38,800 nt of DNA from Trichomonas gallinae (Eukaryota), in the NCBI GenBank assembly GCA_008369845.1, contig MRSU01005553.1, forward strand, positions 1 through 38,800, written 5' to 3'. Below the pieces are notes generated by a model, which ran no database searches, had not been told where the DNA came from, and was given only the letters and a program-made list of their open reading frames with translations. Below are positions 10,901-20,000 of this stretch, one piece after another. Position 1 is the first letter of the stretch; each line of letters opens with the position of its first letter. The translations under genes were made by a program, and so were the position numbers.

Positions 10901-13900
10901 CTGAAGTTCTTGATCACAGAATCAGGAACAATGCAGAGTAATTTCATGAAAAACAATTTCGAATATTCAGATTTTGCGCTAAACATATGCATAACAATTG
11001 TTTGTATATCAAACCTGTCGCATTTATAAGGAACTAAATAACATATCATCCTGAAGAAGTGTTCTCTGCATTCGAATAGTGTTGAAACAGGAATCTTCTC
11101 TAAAAAATTACAAATTTTTGTCGCGTTGGAATTTTCTGGAATTAATTTCAAATCATCACCTTTTCTAAAACTCTCTTCATTCCTGAAACAGAACAGCAAA
11201 AAGAACTGATCACAAAGAATAGATAACAAGGAGATAGTGCTAAAAACATCGAAGAACTGTCTGACCATGAAATGAGACAAGAAGTAAACGATTCTGTTCA
11301 AATCTTTGTATGGAGCTTTTATCCATATCCACATGTTAAGAACAATTTTTGTCAGCCACTCAACAATCAAAGATTTAACTGTCAATGACTTCATAACTGT
11401 AACTGCGCAGAAGAAAATGTTGGATGTTAGAAGTTGCGGATTTGTGAATAAAAATCTTTGAATAATTGATGCACCATTAAAATCTCTTTGGCATTTTTCG
11501 CTGTAGGAGAAAATTAAAGTCATTATATCCAATAAATAGCCAGGATAATCATTAAGGCAGTTTCCATCACTTGTCCTGAAGAAGGCGACAATGTCATTAA
11601 TTATTCCGTAATCTGATGCACACCAAAGGAAATCGTGAGATGTTATGTCATTTGACAAAATTTTGATGTTTTCTCCTTCTTCGAGTAAAAGATCTGATGA
11701 AAACAGTTCAATGGTTTTATCTCGTTGAGCATGTAATAAATTGACGACTTCTTTTTCATCTAATGACTTCTTGAAGACAATTATGTTGCCCATTGCACCG
11801 ATTTGATGTGTTAATGATGCCTTGTCAGAATTCTGCAAGCCTCCAACAGTGAGCGTTAAATTTTCACCAGCAAAACTTTCTGATCCTAAAAAGAACTCAA
11901 CATCAGGGACACCATTTAGATAAGGAGTCATTGATATGTTCTGGTCTCCGTCTGCATCAACATCAACTGAACAAGAGACAGTGAAATCGAACCATTTTCC
12001 TGGAACTGTTGGAACTAAAATCACGTTTGAAATCGCGTCAGCATTTTCGAATTTCGCGATGATTGATTTTCCTTCTATATAAATGGAAAGCTGTGTCTTG
12101 TTTATATCTTCAAATGTCAATAGGTTAATTGTTGGAGAATCGATTTCTATTGATGGAATATCAACGAAACATTTGAAGTGAAGTGAAAAACTATCTTTGA
12201 AAGCGTTAGCTGGTATATTCGAAACTACAAAGATGGGATGAATCGTTCCAATTAGAATATAAGGCATTGGCCTGTTGAAACATAATTGCAAAATTGATGA
12301 AACTGTTTTGCACGTGGAAATTGCAACATCATCAACTTGGTTTGTCATCAAATTGACATATTGAGAGACAATTCCAGCATTTGCCTTTTGAGAAGTTATA
12401 GATGTTAAAATTGGAAAAACGAGTTCTTCTAATAAGTTCAAATCTAGTTCAATTTCTATTTCTACACTCTTATATGATATAAATGCGCGCTTCTTTCTTC
12501 TGCTAATGAATTTCAAAAGCATATAATCAAGATCAGCATAGTGACAAACGTTTTTGTTGAATGCTGAGTATTGGCATAGCTTATATAATGTATCTAGTAT
12601 CTGCGGGAATCTGCGAGAACAGCCAAAACACGAAAGCAATAACGGAATTGCTGATTTTTGGCGAATTAGATACATTGCTTCGCCTGGTTGCGTATACTGA
12701 CCTGATATTAATGAGTGAAGATGCTTGAAAACTGACTCAGGAGGTTCATCTCCGTAAGTATTTTTTACTGCATTTGTAAAATCGCGTAATGTTGTGATAC
12801 TGATTGTGTAATTGTGCTGACTTCTTGCAAGCAAGTCAATAAAATAGAAAGAAGCGTCTAAAATCTTTTCAGAAGAAACGTCTTGAATCAATGATAGGAA
12901 ATGATGAAGATTTGGCTCAAATAACTTGACACAAGAAGAATTTGTTCGCAAAGAGGATACAATGCTCGTTGCTAATTCTTCAGCAACTGTTAAATATCTG
13001 ATATCTTTTGAAACTCTTGCTTTGAAAGCTTTAAATAGCATGGTTATGTAGGAAACGGACATTTCTATCGTATAATAGTATGGAATAATGCTAATCGAGT
13101 TTCTAATTAATCTAATTATTGTGCTCGTTAAATCGCTCTCAAAAATGAACCAAAGGAAACCATCAGTAAAACACTTCGAAGAAAAGCAAGCAAGAGCTGT
13201 TTTTGGAAATGAACAAAGATATGAAACGAAAATAATCAAAATTTGACGTGCTTCGACTATGTCTATGTTTTCATCCGACTCTATTTTAAGAAGCTGATGC
13301 ATTGTTTGTATGATTAAATTCAAAATTTCTGGTTTCACGAATAATGAAATATCAAATAATTCTATTTTTTCATAAACACGCAAAATAAATTCAGCAAATA
13401 ACAGTGGATATGATTGGGCATGAACTAATACCTCTATTATATGAACAGGAATGCATTTTGAAATCAAATTAAATATTTTTTGTCGAATTACCATGATTTG
13501 CTCGTTTTTATATCTTTTGTCGAACACATTGATTGCTGGATTGAACGCAGAAGTCTCAAAAAACCAAAATAAAGAAACTTTTGATGGAAAAGCTCCAGCA
13601 ACTAAAATTAGAATGTATGTGATTGCTGTGCAGAATTCTACATGGTAGTAATTTCCTCTGGATGACTTTAAAACCATTATTACTGACTTAATTAAAAAAT
13701 CTGTATATTTTGAATTAACATCTTGATAACAAGCTGCAATGTGGAAGCAAATATCTTTAAGTGGCTGTGGAAGATAAGTTAATAAATCTGTTTGTGGATT
13801 TATCAAAGAAAAATTCGGAGTATTGAATCCATTGTTGAAATCTGTTCTTTTTTCGCTCATAAATGCTAAATCATTCATACTGTAGATAATAGATGGAGAT

Positions 13901-14811
13901 TCCTTTGGAATTTCTGGCTCTTTGTATTCATCATTTTGGAAATCTGGATATTTTGTTATAAAAGTGTACAAAGGAAGCGGCAATGACATGAATGTATCCA
14001 ATAATATCGTATTAATATTAACACAATGTGTTAAATGCGCCAAAATCTGTAAAGATAAAGGATCTAAAGTTGATAATTCATTTGCGATTATTGAGATCAC
14101 GTAAGAACCATCACTGGAGATGATCAAATCATCCTTTTTCAGGCATAAATGTAAGATATATACTTTAAGATCTTCGATTATTGCGCTTTCATGTGTAATT
14201 TTAATTCGATGAAATAATTTGAAAATTGGATGACACAAACTGTACGAAAGGCCATTTAAGCTGACAATGAATGTTAAAAACTGCCTTAATAATGATTTAT
14301 CGTGGAATAAATCATCGTTATCAAAAGTTCCTTTTAAAATCTTTTTAAATATGTACATTTCGAATTTGTTTAGTTTATGATCTCTTCCAGCAAAGCATGC
14401 GAATGTTTCGAGAAGAAAAGACACGTTTGAATCGTTTCTATCTGATGATTTGTTCAAATACCACGAAAAAACATAATAGGCGATACACATTATGTTAATT
14501 TTGTATGCATATTTGGAATTTGAGATGAATTGAGGAATTTCAACGAGTTTGAATTTATCTGTGTGAATTTCGATATTAAACTTGTTAAATACTTTATGTA
14601 TGCGATGATCTTGTCTAATTATCTGATCCAGTTGGTTTCTTTTGTGCTTGTCCAATACAGGAATTTTATTTATTATCGTAGATTTGATGAAAGTGTCGAA
14701 TTGACTGTCAACACTGTCAAACTCCGATCTTAAGTCGAAAAATACTTCAATTGGGTGAGCTTCGAGATTACTTCTTGATCGAGAAACAGGAATTATTTCA
14801 TCTTCTTCCAT
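7954..14811 (-). CDS. Beige/BEACH domain protein (helical N-terminus, ConA-like region, PH-BEACH, WD40-like C-terminus)
   Basis: 2285 aa. PH-like RR..RETGIELFL.NGRSYLIDF, followed by W..G.MSNFEYL..MN.LAGRSFND...YPIFP, LPSWA, LRKILES.FVS..L..WID.IFG, then beta-rich repeats. Confidence 0.92.
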   Translation of the reverse strand: MEEDEIIPVSRSRSNLEAHPIEVFFDLRSEFDSVDSQFDTFIKSTIINKIPVLDKHKRNQLDQIIRQDHRIHKVFNKFNIEIHTDKFKLVEIPQFISNSKYAYKINIMCIAYYVFSWYLNKSSDRNDSNVSFLLETFACFAGRDHKLNKFEMYIFKKILKGTFDNDDLFHDKSLLRQFLTFIVSLNGLSYSLCHPIFKLFHRIKITHESAIIEDLKVYILHLCLKKDDLIISSDGSYVISIIANELSTLDPLSLQILAHLTHCVNINTILLDTFMSLPLPLYTFITKYPDFQNDEYKEPEIPKESPSIIYSMNDLAFMSEKRTDFNNGFNTPNFSLINPQTDLLTYLPQPLKDICFHIAACYQDVNSKYTDFLIKSVIMVLKSSRGNYYHVEFCTAITYILILVAGAFPSKVSLFWFFETSAFNPAINVFDKRYKNEQIMVIRQKIFNLISKCIPVHIIEVLVHAQSYPLLFAEFILRVYEKIELFDISLFVKPEILNLIIQTMHQLLKIESDENIDIVEARQILIIFVSYLCSFPKTALACFSSKCFTDGFLWFIFESDLTSTIIRLIRNSISIIPYYYTIEMSVSYITMLFKAFKARVSKDIRYLTVAEELATSIVSSLRTNSSCVKLFEPNLHHFLSLIQDVSSEKILDASFYFIDLLARSQHNYTISITTLRDFTNAVKNTYGDEPPESVFKHLHSLISGQYTQPGEAMYLIRQKSAIPLLLSCFGCSRRFPQILDTLYKLCQYSAFNKNVCHYADLDYMLLKFISRRKKRAFISYKSVEIEIELDLNLLEELVFPILTSITSQKANAGIVSQYVNLMTNQVDDVAISTCKTVSSILQLCFNRPMPYILIGTIHPIFVVSNIPANAFKDSFSLHFKCFVDIPSIEIDSPTINLLTFEDINKTQLSIYIEGKSIIAKFENADAISNVILVPTVPGKWFDFTVSCSVDVDADGDQNISMTPYLNGVPDVEFFLGSESFAGENLTLTVGGLQNSDKASLTHQIGAMGNIIVFKKSLDEKEVVNLLHAQRDKTIELFSSDLLLEEGENIKILSNDITSHDFLWCASDYGIINDIVAFFRTSDGNCLNDYPGYLLDIMTLIFSYSEKCQRDFNGASIIQRFLFTNPQLLTSNIFFCAVTVMKSLTVKSLIVEWLTKIVLNMWIWIKAPYKDLNRIVYFLSHFMVRQFFDVFSTISLLSILCDQFFLLFCFRNEESFRKGDDLKLIPENSNATKICNFLEKIPVSTLFECREHFFRMICYLVPYKCDRFDIQTIVMHMFSAKSEYSKLFFMKLLCIVPDSVIKNFSDRIDTVTQLRDCLLSSNVDTVITTMKLILKLNYESSPMLNISFLYLAKNVPLEELFKKLLEELLDSQQFYQFICLFAIRLDDEKKKRAINEFNKISVENLSGLFCNNWYIWPLLLAYGCNNEDQVSMALFIGKVLLASPEFDTDLFNIFVLCNIFSSYSNTKNEFVTINIMQTILNYLSNKNISFITDSLFMRIKMSVLNSALNEEFLRSPFSRETVHDDFKVMIQDVKTPDALSNFLSNNAANMSCVFSVRINEQGKWIDSEKALMILKGLHDPGLSQRIRLIRHFLQRDDENENFMSNSELIDEIVAEYNKIFKYSVLQLSTFVNKSINDAHVFSEYAEPRPVIEYISMSNTKIEIDIQEVQSFFSLPPSQVLPLTKDRTSCYCLCPMKLKRKAQNVKKNIELNNIELPIYSHKCTQIKITGSNHYIFKLYPSNILLFSREKMKMIDNKQIYMVLTRRINGRETGIELFLENGRSYLIDFIDEEHPAAINSFLQAKTPKMQILQRMVSAETFARMHATHRWILGLMSNFEYLVKMNVLAGRSFNDPHLYPIFPSFFNDINDIENLSDFTQIKKWFPPLMERIYYPSQGQLPSLEQCFAPNRFVVPDFFFFSHTIANKNELPSWANSEFEFVYKLRKILESNFVSKRLPMWIDSIFGIRVNKVPHRQLFRVDHPQKQSLNKSKQNHENFSFNIGADLIKTVYVIAQDISYITFCALLDSGKLIQFKITLLDKVSITEPKHVGTVGDNNYEIYDNYEDFLVVASIERQSIVTVKRKEISECHNFSFDTNIVIAADDRVIFCPNRATLSELSFNEDVQFSIICRAKSNIVCAAVEPRFKLVALALANNIVCVYDFRTKRKVNSYNANDTVLKLLITSTFGFVVVQTMKDIVILSSDGEFIKRTAMPAEIVSWWKFISPSGFDYVVFQDTENKLGFFDALYPESVIRFYETRSRVVWTSYDFTTERFVIIMHDGFVQFCYIHL

Positions 14812-14920
14812 TTCTAGAATTTTTTTTCTCGGTAGAAGAAATTTTTTGAGTGCGAAATAGTTAATAAAATCACATATAGCATCGATGTTAATAATTTTCT
14901 TTTGTCACATTTCGTCATAT

Positions 14921-15322
14921 TTATGGGCGTGAAAGCAATCAAAAATATTATAAAAATCAATAATATATAATATTTAATCTATTATTTTAATAATTCAAAA
15001 TTGAATTAAAAATAATCGGTTCATATCCATGTTATGGGCGTGGCAGCAAGTTAAAATTAATCCAATTAATAGAAATATCATAGACCAATCTAATATCCTG
15101 ATTATCGATTTCTATGGGCGCGTCAGCAATTCAAATGTAAAATGTAAAAAGAGATCTTATTATCTAACCATAACTTGAAATATTGGATTTTGAAGCAAAT
15201 ATTATCATTATATATATCACTTTTTATCAAATCTATTCTTAAAATTTATTAAAATTATTATTAGATATAAATAGTAATATCATTTCAGTAAATCGTAATT
15301 TTGAAGTAAAAATAATCGTTTG
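14921..15322 (+). repeat. Second array of the degenerate ~100-bp intergenic repeat
   Basis: TATGGGCG-x4-AGCAA occurs three times (about 14922, 15033, 15113). TTGAA..ATWATC cores at 15001, 15190 and 15301. The GGGCGTG-to-TTGAA spacing is 76 nt, identical to 6090->6166. Confidence 0.65.
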
Positions 15323-15445
15323 TTTTCAAAATTTCCGTTCTTTTTCATTTTTTCCAAAATTGTTTGATCAAATAACGTGTTTAATTGAACGGATCCTATA
15401 TTTATAATTTCGAGATTTACTTGAAAATGCCATAAAAATTTTTTC

Positions 15446-16258
15446 ATGAATATTTCGAATGAAATTATTTCGATACAGGATAAAGATTATCATGTCAATC
15501 TTAGCGAGTTAGCAAATGTTAACTGTTCTCCTTCGTTTAATCTAAATTTCAAGCCTTTAGCTTCATTTATTTTATCGAAGATTTTATTACAAGGAGACAC
15601 ATCTACAATATTTAGAGGAACATGTGAAGGACAACCATGTATTATAGAAACTTGCAATAGAATTCCATACCGTTTAGTTTGCAGAGAAATCCAATATTTA
15701 ACAACAGATTTAGGCCATTTGGAAAACATTGTTAAAATAACGAGTTACACTAAAAATACTTCATTAGGTGTAGTAGCTTTAGCATACGAAAATTTCGATT
15801 TCATCCCTTGGACAACACATATTCCAATAGAATATCTCATTCCTCTTTTTGCAACACTGCTTGCAACTCTGTCGAAACTTCATCATCGTAAATACTCGCA
15901 TGGTTGTATTTGTCGTTCGAGTATTTTTGTTAGTCCTGACTTTAAGAGTATGAAATTGGGATGTTTCCATGCAGCTGTAAAAACTAATGATATTGTAGCG
16001 TTCACATATAATCATCCTTGTAGTCCAAAAGGAAATTTAATTCCAGATGCACGCAGAGCTGATTTATACTCTGCTACACTTTGGTTTTTATCATATTTTG
16101 ACGAAGATCCTCATAATGCCCTAGAACATTTGGAAACACTTCCAATTCCTACTGAAATTAAAGAAGTATTGCTCAGACTGACAACAGATGAAGAAGATGA
16201 GCGTCTCAGTGGTGATAAAGCATCAAAAGCAATTCTTACTTACCTTTCTGCGATTTGA
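15446..16258 (+). CDS. Protein kinase-fold protein, probable pseudokinase (weakly CK2-alpha-like)
   Basis: 270 aa. Kinase subdomain order is recognisable (REIQYL..L..LENIVKI, LSKLHH, ADLYS, ERLS...A). The Gly-loop is degenerate, the VAIK lysine is absent (IIETC), HRD is HGC and DFG is CFH. Confidence 0.8.
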   Translation: MNISNEIISIQDKDYHVNLSELANVNCSPSFNLNFKPLASFILSKILLQGDTSTIFRGTCEGQPCIIETCNRIPYRLVCREIQYLTTDLGHLENIVKITSYTKNTSLGVVALAYENFDFIPWTTHIPIEYLIPLFATLLATLSKLHHRKYSHGCICRSSIFVSPDFKSMKLGCFHAAVKTNDIVAFTYNHPCSPKGNLIPDARRADLYSATLWFLSYFDEDPHNALEHLETLPIPTEIKEVLLRLTTDEEDERLSGDKASKAILTYLSAI

Positions 16259-17060
16259 ATAAATTGTTTTGTATTGTTTTATCTCAAGACTATATTAATT
16301 ACATTCATATAATGCATAAATAAAGTTTATTTCCAAAGTGTTATGGGGTGGATAGAATTTAATTTTAAAAAAGGAAAAATATTGTCTATTTCAGGCTATG
16401 CGAAATAAAAATAAGCTATTTATTAATTGTAGATTTTAAATAATAAGAAGATGGCCATAAATTTTGAAACTTCAAAAAAACAATTTCAATTTCGGATTAT
16501 ATTAGTTTATTGTTCTTGGATTATATAGGTTCTCAAGAAATGAAGTGAGTTCAAAGTACCAAACACACGACTTATGTTACACAAAGTGGAAGTTTGAGTA
16601 CAAATGACATCAATCGTTTTTTGATACGAAAAATAGCATTAATAGACCATATAGCGTTATCCAGTGAAGGATGGTTGATCAAATGTATCAAGATTTTAGT
16701 AAACTATACAAAAATTGAAAACTGCCGACAATCGGATAAAAAAAAAATATTTTGGGGGTTCAACCTTTTTCAAATCTCAATGAAAATGAATCCAATGACA
16801 ATATTAGAGATATATTTTAGCAAAAATTTATTTATTTTTGTTTTGTTGTGAAATATTATAGTTATAAGATATGATAAGTCTAAATATGAAAGAAATGTTC
16901 GAATCAGCGGTTTATGTAAATCAAAATGTTGTTTTTATTTGAGGAAATTGATTAGAATAACAAAAGGCGTCTATACCCAAAAGATCCACAAAAATTTTGG
17001 TATTCACAGAAAAATTGAGAACAGTCAGGTCGGTAAATTTTTTTATAACTAAAAGGGAAA

Positions 17061-20000
17061 ATGTCACTCATACAGGGTTTTAATAAGCTTGCAAGCACCC
17101 TTGTTGAGTACAGTTCCTTCAGGGAGGTCCGGAAAAAGTTCCAAGAGCAGCTTGCAAGCAGTTTCTTGAGTTTGTCGAAAGAAGACCAAGACATTTTCAT
17201 CGATACGCTTTATAAATGGTCTACAAATAGAATGCACTCAACAAACCAGATAGATAAAATTATCGCGTTAGCTTGTTTCGCTTACATCCTCGACATCGTA
17301 GAAGATCAAAATCATTATCAGAACATAGCGAATCAATTGGAGAGAATTCTCCCAGTTGAAAGCATCACAGTCATAGATGGAATAACATTCATACTCGAAA
17401 GAGTATCTAGACGCTCAGAAACTCCAATTTTACCGACATTATTCGAAAGACTAACATCGAGAATCTTTTCGACAAGCGTATTATCATCGGTATTCATATT
17501 CAAAAACGTTATATTTACTAATATAGATCTTTACCGCAGATTCTCAGGAAATATCAACAATATTGTCCAAGGCGCGTTAAAACATCAAAATCCGGAAGTT
17601 AGACGCTGCGGTGTAGAATTATTTATAGGCAAAATTAATCATGACTCATCACCCGATGAATGCGCAAATTCGATGCTGGACGATTGCTTCCAGGTATTAG
17701 AATCTCACTGCAACAACTTCTCCGTGGACGGTTATTTTTCAATGATCGTTAACATCATCAAAGAGAGACCTAGAATAGGATCTCCGAGATTGCAGTCGCT
17801 CGTCAAGGCAGTGCTCTTCCACATAAATGCATCGAACGCGGAAATAATCCTGGGACACGTCCTGGCGCTCCAGGAATTCGCAAAATTTGTGCCGAACATA
17901 CAGGCCAAACTGCTCACAATATTTTCTGAAATCTCTCAATTTTCAGAGAATCTATCACATATCCTCTCAATTTTGTTGAGCTTGGATAATCCTATACAAG
18001 CGATTATTCCGATCGTCATGGGGCTCCCTGACCACCTGTTCTTCATTACAGCTCCATGCCTGCTTAAGCAGTTCAATAATACAATGAGCGAGATATATCA
18101 ACGATTAAAAAACGCGAATATAACTGGTGCTGTGATTAAAACAGCGAAAATATTATTGGAACAGAACTATTCGTATGCTAGCGAAATAACTCAGCGATAT
18201 TCTCAATACCTTATTGATAATTTCGATACAAATTTACCAATTTCGTACAAAATCATAAAATACATAACGTTAAGCAATGAAATTGATAAAGAAGAGTATA
18301 TAAACACGCTTATTTCTCAACTTACTCAGGTCGACGAAAAAAATTGCAGAAAACTCATTAAAGCGATATATGCGTTAATTATACAGATGCAAGATAAAGA
18401 AAAATACCTTATACAAACTCTTTTCGTCGCTGAGTCATCATCAAATGCGTTTATCAGGGTAAATACGTTGAAATTAGTTCCAATCGAATTTTATGCGCTC
18501 TTTCGCTCTGAAATACTCATAGATCTCGTCGATTCATACTTATCTGACTCAAAAGGCGTGGTTCGTGAAGCAGCACAATTATTATTTTTACAGATACAAA
18601 AAGTTATTCCAGAGGATATTGATAAGTATATGCGGAACAATATAGACCACTTTTTTCAACAGCTGCAAGGTTTTACGAGTTTATTGTCAAAACGATATCA
18701 ATTAGAAATGACTCCACTGTTTTTACGCCTATGCACGAATATCATTGGCCCATATGTAAACAGAATCATCGACTACTTTATCGAAATACTCGATAAACGT
18801 CACGAATTTCCAAAAACAACTATCGACGCGACTATAAGACTAAATGACAGAAATTACATAAGAGTTATACATAAATTCGTGCTTATCAGCATCAACGAGC
18901 TCATTCCTCATATAGATATTTTCAGAGAAAAATTACCTCGACTAATTCCAGCTATAACCAATCAATTATTTACTAGTACACATAAGAGTCTCCATATCGA
19001 AGTTGCAAACACATTATTAAAGATTTTTCGAGAAATCAATTTTAATAAGACCACCGAAATCGATATAATCAAAATGCACAAGGAAATTTTCACTTTCCTA
19101 GCGAATTGCACGGATATGGACACAATATGCGGATTTTTAAGATTATTTGGTACAATTGGCCCATTGGACCCCCATCAATTCCATACATTCGACTATGATT
19201 CCCATTCATTCGACTTATCTCCAATATGCGACGTTTCAAAAAGAAGTGCATGTTATTTAAATTTTGTTATGCAGTACGTTTTAGATCAACTACAGCAAGC
19301 CACTTCTATTTATGAGCCTTCGGTTCTAATTATTGCCATCGTTTACATTTTCCAAAGCGATCCATACAATTCTTTGCCTTTCCTTCCACAAATCGTTCCA
19401 GTTTTCTCTAAACTGCTGAATGACAAGGTTTTTGATCCTCCTGATGCCATTTTCCACTTCTTAAGATCAATTATTTTATTGGTCGATGTATCAATTTTGC
19501 CTTACGGCGATGATATAATGGAAATGATCATCCCATTCCTCCAAAATGCCAATATTTCAGCAATCAAAGTTTTCTCGGCTCTTGTTTTCGCTCTCAAAGG
19601 ATTTTATTATTTTGATCCTGATATTTTCAATCTTTTAGTATCCATTTTAAGACAAAAGAACATTCCACAAGAAGTGGACAGCTATTTAATGCTTACTATG
19701 GCCTTAATGGTCATCTACAACGAATCTTCTCCAACATTATTCTTTGAATTGGCAACTGAGCGCGTTAAGAAGAATAATCGTGATTCTTTGACATATATAT
19801 GTTGGGTAATGAACACAGGAAAGTTCCAAAAGTACGGTTTACAAATTTTAAGATTAGCTTTGTCTATTAATGGCCCATTGGAGCAAAAAGCTGCAGAATT
19901 AGTTTCAATAATTGCTACTAAAGATCCAAAAATAACAAAGCTCACGAAAATTTCGAAAGAAAAAATTATCAAGATAAACGATGCGGATTTCTTGCCTAAA

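Noticed and set aside
16540..16851. 85-aa TTG-start ORF and coding-like patch upstream of the PIKK gene
   Set aside because: No ATG start and no recognisable motif; other frames are full of stops. It cannot be supported without a homology search.
17033..17055. Another 23-nt GT..AG segment (GTAAATTTTTTTATAACTAAAAG) just before the TOR-like ATG
   Set aside because: It is not needed to repair any frame, I found no nearby in-frame upstream ATG, and it lies where the core promoter is expected. Such matches are common in AT-rich DNA.
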